In this document: positions 12,601 to 24,600 of the stretch, piece by piece
Layout: every line of letters starts with the position of its first letter
Position numbering within the stretch: the stretch's first letter is position 1
Assembly: GCA_000934665.2 (NCBI GenBank)
Contig: JYFJ02001069.1
Span: 62,001 to 92,297, forward strand
Source of the DNA: Catajapyx aquilonaris
Taxonomy: Eukaryota
DNA: 30,297 nt
Direction of reading: 5' to 3'
Notes under the pieces: model-generated
Seen by the model: only the letters and a program-made list of their open reading frames with translations
Told to the model about the DNA's origin: nothing
Databases searched by the model: none
Position numbers and translations under genes: made by a program

Positions 12601-15600
12601 CAGCACCTATCATATACCCATCCATCTCATTGTGCATTCTATTCTAATGTGCCATACCAAAACTTTTTAATGAGGATAAGCCATAAATTATTCACTTTTT
12701 CTGTAAGCTCAATAGTTTCACTGAACCATTGTTCAACTCCCTCCTGTTTTCTCCAAATATTAGCTTAATACACTTCTGCAGGGAGGCGGAGTGGTGGTGT
12801 GGTAACACATGCGCCCACGGATGTTAAGGTCCAGGGTTCCCCCCTTCATCTAGTGCCGAGTTGGGCCATCTCTGGCTTCGTCTCGGGTGGAAATTTCCAC
12901 TAGACTAATCCACCCGGGGGAGTTCACAAAATGACCAAGCAACGACATTGCATTTGCACTTTGCACATCCCCTACCTACCTACCCTAATCATGGACCAAC
13001 TAAATAATTGCAAATTATACCAATGGTTCCAAATATGGTGGTATTCCCACCCCCCTAAAAGGGTCTATATAAAAAAACACTTCTGCATATGAAGTGTGCA
13101 AGGAAAACAGTCAACAAAGGACCTACTCCAAAATTGGTTGCAATATTCCGTATGATAACTTTCAGTGGACATTGTTCCTAAAATCATTGTACTAATGGAG
13201 CCTGAAGTTCAGTATTTTCCAATTTCTTTCTTAAGTTGCCACATCAATTAAAACATTCATATACCTTGGCAATTGTTTCACATATTGCCACAAAATATGA
13301 TACAAACATTCACTAATATTTACTTACTAATTAGTAATTGCTTACTAAATATTACAAGGGTAAAGAAGATTTTTAGAGAGGCACAACTGGCAAATATTTC
13401 TTGGGGAAGCTCTGCAACAGTAGCACAAGACCTATACACTATTCTGAGGAGTCGCTTACAGTCTTTATCTGAGAGATGGACGAATCATATGGTATTTCAA
13501 ATATTAGACAATGCCTTTGTACCGTCCCCTCATGCACCAATTAAACATGCAGTAAGAAGTGACGTATGCTAATAAAGGGGACAATTTCCATGGGACTTTG
13601 ATAGAAATTGCCACAATTCCATGGTATTGAAATTTAACTGCAGTTAAACAGTGCACTATACCTGGCTTGGCAACCAAGCTACAATCAGCAAGTGGAAGTC
13701 CAGCCAGTTTATACATGCAGTGTAACAATACAGAACTGTGCTTGAGCGACAAGTCCATTGTCTTCTCATCTAATATATTTCCACATGGCTTGAGAGGATC
13801 ACTTTCTGAGTGCCAGAAATCCTAAAGTAGCTCAATGGTTAGCAGATGTCAATAGAATAATAATCCTTTCACATGCTACATACAATGATTGTGATCCTTC
13901 CATAATGAAAAATTAATCCAGCGTAATTTGTGCCATAAAAAGTATGTTCCTTTTATTTTCGTAAGAAAAATGCAGGGATAAGTCCCATAGGATAATAGGT
14001 GCCAGTCACTTCCTTTCCCCATCCTTATTCAAACTAATCAATATTTAATCAACCTCGCAGCCCCAAAGGAGTAAAATGTCTCACAGGATACCCTGGGATA
14101 CGTGCATGGCTTCTAAGTGAAGCTTCTTTAAAAAACTCAGTTTAAATGTCATCTGAACTTATGAGTGGGAGGAAAGGGATAAATCCTGAAAACAACCTGT
14201 GCCAACAGCGCAAAAATCCACTGTATAGCTATTCAAATATGTGAAAATTCCTGGTCTAACCAAAAAATCAAACACATTACTTCAGAGGTGGCAGGCTGTA
14301 GCCTGAACCACTGCACCCATCATCCAAGGATAAAATGTTGTTATTATAAATTGTTACATCAAAGTCAAAAGAACATGCATTCATCCCACCACAAAAATTA
14401 TCCACACTGTGTCATCCTTGTGCTGTGCTACCAATATGCATTGCACAATATTCTAGGTGAGTAAATACCAGGTACTTGGTAATGCACTTTGTCTTTGTGT
14501 CTGAGGAATATGCAGGTAACAATTCAAGATGTGGCCAACTGTACAAAAATCGAACTGGAACAAACCTTTTCCGAGTCAGTGGTGTTCCCAGAACCATAGG
14601 AAGCCAGTGAGCCTCTCTCCACATTGTCTCCAATGTCTTCTAGTGAGATGGAATCTTCAAAATCCCTGTTAATTAAAGTGTCGGTATTAAGGCACTGTAA
14701 ATCGAGAAAACGATTTTTAAAAAGAAGGACAACTGACCTGCTGGAACGCTGACTACCAGCCTTAGGTTTGGCAGGGCTCTTGGGCATGCTGAGTGGAATG
14801 GCAGTGCTGAAGTAAGTTTCCTGGATCACTTCCCGAAGCTTCTTCACCCACATCTTTTTTACTTCTGGACTGGGAGCCTGCAACAGACACACAAGTAGGC
14901 ATGGTCACAATCCCAAAATGACAAAACAGATGCCAACTCTGGCCACATGTTTGTGGAATGGGGTCAATTCCAATGTGGTCAATAAAAATTACATAATGTA
15001 ATGGGGAAGTAGCCTTCATTTTGGAAACTACATAATAAATTCGCCCATATTTTTTGGATTTTTTTGGCATATTCCGTTTTAAGATATCAGTTTCAGTTCC
15101 GGAGTAATTGGGGTTTTTATGTAGGCTAATGGTGACGTCACTGTTAGCCTAGAAAATGTTGACGTCACGCGAAGTGAAATGAACGCAAAAATGGTGTTAT
15201 AGAACGCGCCCCGTCATTGTCGTAAAATGCTTCGCTGTTGTTAGCAACCGTCCCATTCCGTGAGCAAGATAGCGGCCGGGGCGCGTATTTATTCCAGGTC
15301 GCTCAAGCCGCTTTGTACATGGCAGTGATGCCACCAGGTCGGAATTATCTGTCACCCTAATTCGGCACATGAAGGCCCCTTTTCTCCACCTCGATGGCCT
15401 GCAGCCGCCTTGCGAATGCTTTCCGTCGTGTCCGCGGTTAATTCAAAGTCAAATTCCTCATATCTCGCAGTCAACCAGGCATTTCAGTGTACCCTTTCGA
15501 TTGGCACCACCCGGCTGCCCCGTTTTTCCCGCCAATTTTGAAGGCACTTTTAAATGTGCCGTAATTTATCCAGTAATGTCATTTTGATGCAACAAAGTGA

Positions 15601-18600
15601 TGGAATGTATGTTTACAGGCATGGGCTAGCTAGTTATGAACAAAAATCCCAAATCTCAGACCAAGGCTACTTCCCCATTCCAACACAATGATGCAATTCC
15701 AAAACATAATCAGAGACTTTCCCTTAATTTTCTTTCACATAATAAATTTAGCCTTAATCTGGAAAATGCATTTCTTCTTTACGCCAGAAGCATTAATTTT
15801 AATTATATACTAGGAAAACCCTCACTCCACTCGCATTGTCCTAGGGCGCAGGCCTAGAAAACCACTCGCTTCGCTCGCTCTTTTCTAGGCCTGTGGCCTG
15901 GGGTACCTATTCAGCGCACCATATCACTGGGGGAGGGTGTAATGTTAGCCCTCCAGCAGTCTTCGAATGGCCTGATTAGTGAGAAGTGAGAACATGTTCT
16001 GTCATGTGTCTGTCATTCCATAAAGGGAACTGACTATGTAAACAACTTCACAGTAGTGCCAACTGGGCAACAATACAGAGAAGTAATGGACAATCTCCCC
16101 GGCAACCCAACAGAGGAGTTGTTTACACCCCATTGCGAATAAGTAGAACGCGGGCCAATGGGAAAGTGGGGGCAACAATATGGTGACGGACCAATCAGAG
16201 GGATTATACATAGTCCGCAAGGATTTTAATATTATATAAATATAATATTATTATTATATAATATTAGGTCTATGCAAAAGTTTGTGAGGTTGACTTCGTG
16301 TGGTCAATAACCGTAGAATTTCGATACACACATTTGTGTTGTAGTGGCAGTGTTACTCAACAAACATATGCAAGGTGTCCAATGAGGGTGATTTATTTAG
16401 ATTTAGCCTATCAGTAGCTGTTTTGCCTTCATTTCAGGATGAACCCTGAAGAGACCCATCTTTGGCACCCTTTTCTCATTTTTTAACCTGGGAAAAACTG
16501 CAGCAGAAGCCAAATGGCTTTTGTGAGAGACATACGGTGATGACATAGTGTCAGAAAGTGTTTGTCAAAGTGCTTTTGCCACGGTAATTTTGATGTCACC
16601 GATCGACAAAGGTCCGGGCACCCCAATGCTTCAGTTGATCAAGACCTAGGAGGGCATCATCTACCACGAACTGTTGTAACAAGGTGAAAGGGTGACTGCA
16701 GACCTCTACAGTGCATAACTAAGGAAACTGGCCAACTTCCTGCAGCAGAAGGTCAAAATATATGGCTCAAACCAACAGCAAGTCATTCTCCACCATGACA
16801 AAGCACAGTATCATGTAGCGAAAGCGACAAAAAAGACATTGGTGGTGCTACCACACATGGCGTACTCGCCAGACATTACCACTTATCCCGCTCCATGCAA
16901 CATGGCTTGTCAGGCAAGCACTTCACCAATCTCACTGATGTCAAGAAATGGGTGGTTGACTTCTTTGTGACAAAGCCCAGAAACTTTTATCACTAGGGCA
17001 TTCATCTGCTGCTCCAATGTTGGCAAGGAGTTATTGAAAGTGATGGTCAATATTTTTATTAGTGAATGTTTGCAAACAAGTTTTACAGATTTTTTATTTT
17101 CCCAAAAAACTGCACAAACTTTTGCATAGGCCTAATATTTGTGCACAAAATCTTCGAGTTACTTGAAATTTTCTAATCTGTCGATTATGTGCATGAAGGT
17201 TACTAATGTAATGAACTTCCTCAACTCACCTTCAGGACAATGCGATAGTCAGTGATTGGAGAGCGGCCTGTCCACACAGCAAACTTGCAATCATCTCCCT
17301 CAATGCATTCAGTCACACCCAGCTCAGAGGTCATGAGCTTGTTCTTGTACACATACTTGGCCTTTCCACTAGAATCCTTCATCTCCTTGCTGAATAGAAG
17401 ATAGAGTTCAAACAAAAATATGTGCCTCTCCCTTCCCTTCCGGATAATCTGCCGGGGGTCCCACACTTGAAAGGCATCTTGGAGAATCACTTCCCCAAGC
17501 TTGTCCAGGGAAGTGTCACATGACTCCAGCAATGAGAGGTGCATAGCATCATTGGCCTTCTTCGGGACATTCAGCATCACTTCCAGACCATCTTTAATTT
17601 CACCCTGGCCCTCTTCACAGCATGACTGTAAACAGAACAGAGTATGTCAATATCAGTGAAGAACATTCAGTGAGGTAATCGTTTGTTCCCTGATTCGACT
17701 GGCCAGAATATAAAACTGCAAAGGTAACCAATATATAGGTCAAATGCTACAAAAGATATTTTTAAATTTCTTAAGTGACTTGGTCTAATACCAAATGATT
17801 CACTTTCCCATTACATGCACCATTTGATAAAATCAATATGCTGTTGTATTTGGGTTTGAATGTTCTAAGCACTTTTCTCAGCAGATTACTTGGGGTGGCA
17901 GATTCTTCCGAGCTGAACTTGGTAGGGCTGTACAACTTGTGGCTGAACTTAAAGCAAAGAAAACTGACCTGTAGGTCTTTGAGCAGTAGTTGGTACTTCG
18001 TAACTCGCTGCACAGGCTTGATGAGAAAGGCTGCAATAGGGTGATCCACTCTGTGCTTCTTTTGCAAATCCTCAAAGTATGTTCCTGCACTCTGCATCAG
18101 CAATGAGTTAGACTCGGGCTTGTTCCGACAGTACTTCACGTATACATCAAACTTCTGTGCCCATGTCACAAAACAATGCCCTACGTCCTCAGGTATGGTT
18201 TCATACTTCTCCAGTTCCCGAAGAAAAATGTCATTGTGGAACTGGTAAATCTCCTCCAGGTTTCCAAATATCACACCATCCTTCCCACGTATCCCAATGG
18301 GTACAGCTTCACCCCCAGAACGCATCTCAGCCAAGAAAGTTCGAATGCATGTATCCAGGTCATGCACGTAACTGCGCTCTGTTTGCAGCAGTTCAGCCAT
18401 GATAAACTCCTTGCGACGGGCTGATCTTCGTTTCTCATCATTCAGACCTTTCAGCTCCTTGGCTGCTTCCTTCACCTTGGCATCCAGACAAGGGTCAGAG
18501 TTGCGGTCCAGTGAAAGATCTGTTGCTGAGTGGGCTGAATGGCCCCCTTCTGACTCTGCATCCCCATCTCCTCCACCCACCATTCCCAAACGTTCTTCTA

Positions 18601-21600
18601 GTCTGGAGCGATAGTTATCCATTCGGTAGCTGAAGTCTTTGTATCGATTGTCCACTGCAGCCACCCATTGCTTGATTGAAGATGCATGTGCATGACCCTT
18701 CTCTACTAGACTGTCTGCTAGCTGGATCAGAAGCTTCACCCTCTCCCTTGTTTCCTAAATAGAGGACAAAATATTTTATAATTATTAGTAACAGCAAGTG
18801 GGCTTCCTTTGTCTGACTACAGAGCACAGACAAAATATGGTTCACGAACCTTGGCCGTCCCTTTAAAATCGTTGTGCTCCTTGAGAAGCATCTCCGCGTC
18901 TTCCTCAGTTTGTCCCAGAGACGTGTGGGTGTTGAGGTAGAACTCGCCTGAGTCGTGGATCCACTCTAGGGCCTGCTTGGCTGATCGCTCAAACAGCACA
19001 AACTGCTGACACTGGTCCAAACGCTTCTTCTTGAGTGTCCAATACTCTAGGACCTTGTTCTCTTGGCAAAGCAAGCGCTCCAGAATACCTGTTTGAAATT
19101 ACAGATATGCCATGTAGAGGGCGACAAAATATTAATGCAGGACCACATCCTAGCTTTCCCTTTTCATACACAATGTGGCACAATTGCAGCACAGGAAATG
19201 GAGTGCAATCAAACAGATACAAAATATAATCCCTGACCTACTTCCAATCACACCAAATGCTTTCCACTGCGACATGTTCAACTGATCAAATGAACAAGTG
19301 ATAACAGTGATGGACTGTAGTCAAATTCATCGTGTTAAATGCAACAAGCATTGCTTGTCTTCCTCCCATCCTTTTCTCATCCTCATTTGACCAACTACCA
19401 CTGCAGTTCAAAGTATTTTACTGTTTGTTCCCATCACTTAAAAAGTCATCAAACTTATAAAAAAATGCTGATACTGACCTTTGACCTTTGCATCTGGACC
19501 CTTTGAATCTCCTTGGTAGTTGTAGTAATGCAAGCTACGAGCAGAATACTTCATGAAGGTTTCTGCAGTCCGCCTAGCAAGAGTGCAGGCCTTCAAGAAA
19601 GCCTCCTTCTGCTCCTGATGCTTGTGCAGCAACTGACCCATTACGACCGCCTTATCTGCCCCTCCCGTTCCTCCGCCCCCACCTGGCACTGCATTCCCAA
19701 CTTGGTCGTCTGCACCTCCCCCACACCAATCCTCATCCCACTTGTACTCTCTCTCCAGGCTGTCCAGCACTGAGCACACCTGCTCTGCTGTCTTGTAAAA
19801 ACTGAGGCTGGCATTGGCCATCTTGTGCCTCTCCTCAGTGGAGGTGACCAATTGTTGCCACCTGTTAGTCACCTCTTCTGACACCCTCCGTATGCTTTGT
19901 GGGTCATAGTGATTGGCGTGAATGAGCATCTCGGCTTTGTGGCGCACTTGCACCGCAGAGGTATGTGTCTTCTCGATGGCCACCTGGAACTGGCTGTGCT
20001 CCTTTTTCAGCTGCTCTGATTCAGAGAGGCAGGCTGGAACAGCAAAGCTAGCAGCCAGCATGGCTTCCCCATTGCGGATCCAGGTGATCACTTGAGCCGC
20101 ATCGCTCTCCAGTTGGCATAACTGTGCCCGCTGCTCCAGCTTCACCCGCTTCATCTCAGCCAGATCTTCCAAGTCCATCTCTCTCTCATGCAAATACTCC
20201 AAAAGGCCTTGGACACGACCCTGGGCAGGGTATTGCCCATCCACAGTCACAGACACACCTGAACTCTCCAATACCTGGCACAGCTCCTGGCCCTGCTGCA
20301 ATACCTAAAATGCACAAAAGCTGTGATTAGCAATACCTGGTTTACCTGGTAGCTGATGAGATACATACCTGCAGAATGGTGGCTTGCATTCTTGATACAC
20401 TATCATTGTGTACTTGCAGTGCCTGCTCCACTTGTGAGGTATCCCTTTGGGTCATCTCCATGCCATGTTGCTGCAGTCCCTCTGCCCACATGTCCAGACG
20501 TGATGAGAGCTCCAGTGCATCACGTTCAAAAAGTCGAAGCTGAAGGCACAGATCCAGGTGAAGCTTGCGGGAAGACAGTGTTTCTTCTACTTGGCAACGT
20601 AGCTTTCCAAGGCGCTCAAGGCAAGATTCAATTGCTGCACAAGAACCACCATCTCCATCTTCTTCTTCTTCTTCTTCCTCACCCTTTTCTTCAACTTCCT
20701 GTTCATCCCCTCCTCCTTCACCATTATTCCCACCTCTTAATTCTCGTAACAAAGCCTCTCCCTCAGCAACAGTGCTAACACATGCATCCAAGACAGAGTC
20801 ACGCTGTTGCTCCAGCTGCTCAAGAGCACGTTGGGCTGTTTCAAGGCTGTCAGGAACAGACTCATTGGCCGATTCGATCCCACGGCGAACTTCCTCAAGC
20901 CAGGTGCTCAGTTCCTTGTCATGTGTGTAAAATAATACAGCAAGGTCTAAGCGTCGACGGCGTTGATCCACACGCCTTGCAAAGCGTCGCGTATGGGCCT
21001 CCAGTTCATGTGCCACAGAATATATCTGGTCAGCATCACACTCACCAGTCTGGGCTAACTCCCGGGCAGCAGTAAGAAGTTTCTCTGCATTAGTGTAAGT
21101 ATTTTGTGCAACTTGTTCAAAGTGCTGGTGGCTCCGCTGGTAGCCACGCGCTTTCTGGAGATTGCGACCAACCCCACGACTTTTTGCCAGGAAGACTTGA
21201 CCATGGTCTCGGAGCCAGTCCAGAACCTGTAAGAAGAGGGTGTAAATAAGTCGCACAAAATGAGTTAGTAGAGCAAAATGCCTGTCCAACTTGAGTCAGT
21301 TGATCATTTTAAAAACCAGTTCAATAATTAAAATACACTATATACTCCCGATTATCCGGGCTAGTGACTGCATGGGTGTCATGGGTAATAATCGGACAAC
21401 ACGGATTGTTGGAAAATGGTCTTTGATATCGTAAAAATGAGCTACTCACAGGTTTATAATGTTCTACTGTACATAGTGTATGCTGCTTTAACTAAGATTT
21501 GATCAAAAAAATAAAAACTTTTCGTTTTGGTTTGTCATCTAGAAAAAGTCGGTCATATTGCTTAGTTAGCGAGTCGTGTTGACATTTTTTTCGGACTTTT

Positions 21601-24600
21601 CTTTTTAATTATATTTTTCAGTGATGTATGGATAATCCACACCCGGATAATTGGGAGTACAGTGTATGTCTTATTAAGGCACCATGGGTAACATAACAAG
21701 TAATGTCGAAAATTTCACAACTGCCATACACCACCTACCACTAACAGAACATCTTTTCTAACTAACCTGACGTACATCCTCTTGAAAGAGCCTGAGGGCC
21801 AGTCTTTGATGCAACTGCACCTTTTTGGCATGCCACTTCTGCTCCAGTTGTCTGTGCTGAGCTAGTATCCCATGAATGGCCGCAAGCACATGGCCTGCAC
21901 CTTCAGAATAGTCTGCAGCTGGATCACCCTGTGCCTGCATCTGCGGACGGCATACTTGAACCAGGTGATCCAGTTGGTACAACAGTTTCTTGGATGTGGA
22001 ATGGACTTCTGTATAGGCCTGGCACATGTCCTCGTATAAAGCTTGATGCTGATGAATTGCATTCTCTAAAGCCACAACTACCAGTCCACCTTCAGAACAA
22101 CCAGGTACACTCCAAGAGTCACATGCTGATGCCCAACCAGCTGCACTTTGGCTATACGCTTCTACTTTTTGGTGAAATGCGGATGACAATGCTAACACTG
22201 CTGCTCGTTCTTCCATGGCTGCTGCCAGTGACTTCCAGGCACGATCTAATCTCGATGCGGCTGCACGTACATGCGTTGAAGCATAATGCCCAGTATCCAC
22301 TAGCCGTGCTGCAGCTTGTAGCACACGTGTCACAGTTGGTTGTGCTGCCACAGCTGCGGCTGCTGATCTCGCATGACGTTCCTGCAACTCCCCAGCTTCA
22401 CGACGCCCATGACCAATTTCAACATAACCGGCCAAAAATGCAGCACGTCCTCTACTGACCCACTCCAAGGCTTCCTGACACTCTCGTTCAAATATCCTAA
22501 GCTGTAAACACTGCTCCAATTGAGTCTTTCGCCTGCCCCAAAGCTGAAGTAAATGCTGCTCTGAAGCACGAACCGTCTCAAGAGCTTTTGCTGCTTGGGG
22601 GAGTCCTGCCTGAATGTCCGGATTGGACGCAAGTGCTCCCTGAGGTGAACCCAATCGTTGAAGGAGTTTCTGCCCTTGGAGGTCAACCTCCTCAATGGGT
22701 GCATTGAGGACCTTCTTTCGCATCTCAGAGTGAACTTCCAATGCATGTTTGGCCCCAGCAACATCCTCTGCGAAGTCTTTTCGGTTCAAGTCTTCCCGAA
22801 GATCTTCCAACCTATCTAGAAGGTCGCCAGCTTGCCAGAGAAAGTCCTCCAGTGCCTAAAAGCAAATTCTTCATTAGAAATTTTGTGGTTCAACTTGATC
22901 ATTCAAATTCCTTCCCCTGGAAGTACTACTGAACACGTGTAATAAGTTTCCACACTCCCTCACTGAGCTCCCCGTTAAAAAATGGCATACCAGTCTGGCC
23001 TCAATCCATTGTTGATGGTCATAAGGCAAGGTTCCATCCAAATCAGCAGTGAGCTGAACTTGATCCACCACCTTATTGGCCAAGGCATCCAGTCCAACTA
23101 GGCTAGACTCAAAGCGGTACTTATGAGAACCCATGCTGGTGCGTTGCTTCTGCCAGAAGTTGTCTGGCTTGATGATGTAAGCTGCATGCACTGCATTTGG
23201 AAAGTGTTCGTGAAGCACTTTCAGCACTGGTTTCACAGCCGCCCATGTGCTTCCTGCACCACGCATATCTACCACCACTGTAAAACCCAATTCTCGCACT
23301 CCCTCACTGAAAAAGAGAGACAACATTCTTTAATAGCTATCATAATTATAATAACTATCACTGCTTGCAACCTGTATGAACTTATTCATTTTGGTGTGAT
23401 TTATTGTCTGATAAAGCCACGTCATACAACGTGGCAAGAGCTTGTATGCCATAAATTATCATTTTTAATGGATGTGCTCTTGGTGGAATTTTCTTCATAG
23501 GTACTCTTGCTGTAGAACTCTGTTCCAGCTGTTTGCATTAACATTTAACAACCCGGCATGCATTTTTATCTCATAGTGAGAGTTCTAGAGCAGCGGTTTT
23601 CAAACTGCGATACGCATACCACTGGTGGTACTTCAAGCCATGCCAAGTGGTACTCATGTGGCCTGCGCTGTCTTTGGGGTTGTCGATCAAAATCGTGCAT
23701 ATGACTTTGTATTGCAGTCGTTTTACCTGTTTATACACCTCGCGCTTTTTAAAAACAATTCTTTAATTAGTTTTATATCACTGTAACGTCAGTGATTATA
23801 TAGTGACTTTTTTTTCTCAAAACAACACAGGCGTAAATTAACAATTCATTGACAGTGGTACTTCAGTTTACTGGTCCTCATGGAGTGGTACTTGTTCAAA
23901 AAAGTTCGGGAACCGCTGCTCTAGACTCTAGTCTAGAGGATAAAACTGGTTCCATTATTATTATACAACCACTGAACATCATAGCATGGCACAAAATTTC
24001 CCAAGAGGAAAGAAACACAGGTCAATACTGTGGCTTTTTAGGACTATAGATGGAACAAAGTTCTGCTGTATGAGAATTTTCCAACTCCTTGCAGGGGCAA
24101 AATTGCATAAATCTGGACGGAGATTATTTTAATGGAAAATGAAAAGAAAGAATTAATATGTACCTATTATAAAATTACCGTACGGTACATGCTTATTAAT
24201 TTTGGTTATGCCCCTGTAAATTAACTGGATACTCTGTGCTATCCCTGTAAACTGTTGGGGAATTATCTTTGATCCTTCTGCATTTGTTGTCCCCACACAG
24301 CATATGCCAACGATTTGTCCTAGGTACTGGTATCGGTATGACACCTCAACCTGGATGGCCATGTTCTGGATTGCCTACCTGGGGACACTGAACAAATAGT
24401 GCAGCAGCCTCCTGAGATCCTCCGGCTTGGTCCTCTCCCTGTGTGGAGTTACCGGGAAGGTGAGCACAGGTCCTCCTCTCCTGTCCCTCCCCCCGGAGAG
24501 GATGGCCAGCTGCTCCTGGAGCAAGGGAAGCACGTCCATCGCGCGAGGCCCGTCCATCTCACCCGCTCCTGTCACTAACTCACTCTCCTGCAACTGTAGA

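Noticed and set aside
12781..12860. tRNA-like sequence
   Set aside because: B-box/T-arm degenerate and no cloverleaf acceptor stem; better explained as a SINE head.
14281..14310. Possible 30-nt phase-0 microexon ([10 protein letters not shown]) after a ~94-nt AG-free stretch, and a possible terminal exon DLSLSSHS* at 14185-14159
   Set aside because: The first has a purine-rich acceptor and weak donor; the second lies in SINE-like sequence. Not supportable without RNA data.
19513..23500. Plus-strand ORFs of 60-175 aa opposite trio exons (e.g. 20356-20778, 21931-22458, 23123-23500)
   Set aside because: Antisense shadows of coding exons; no recognisable domains or independent gene structure.
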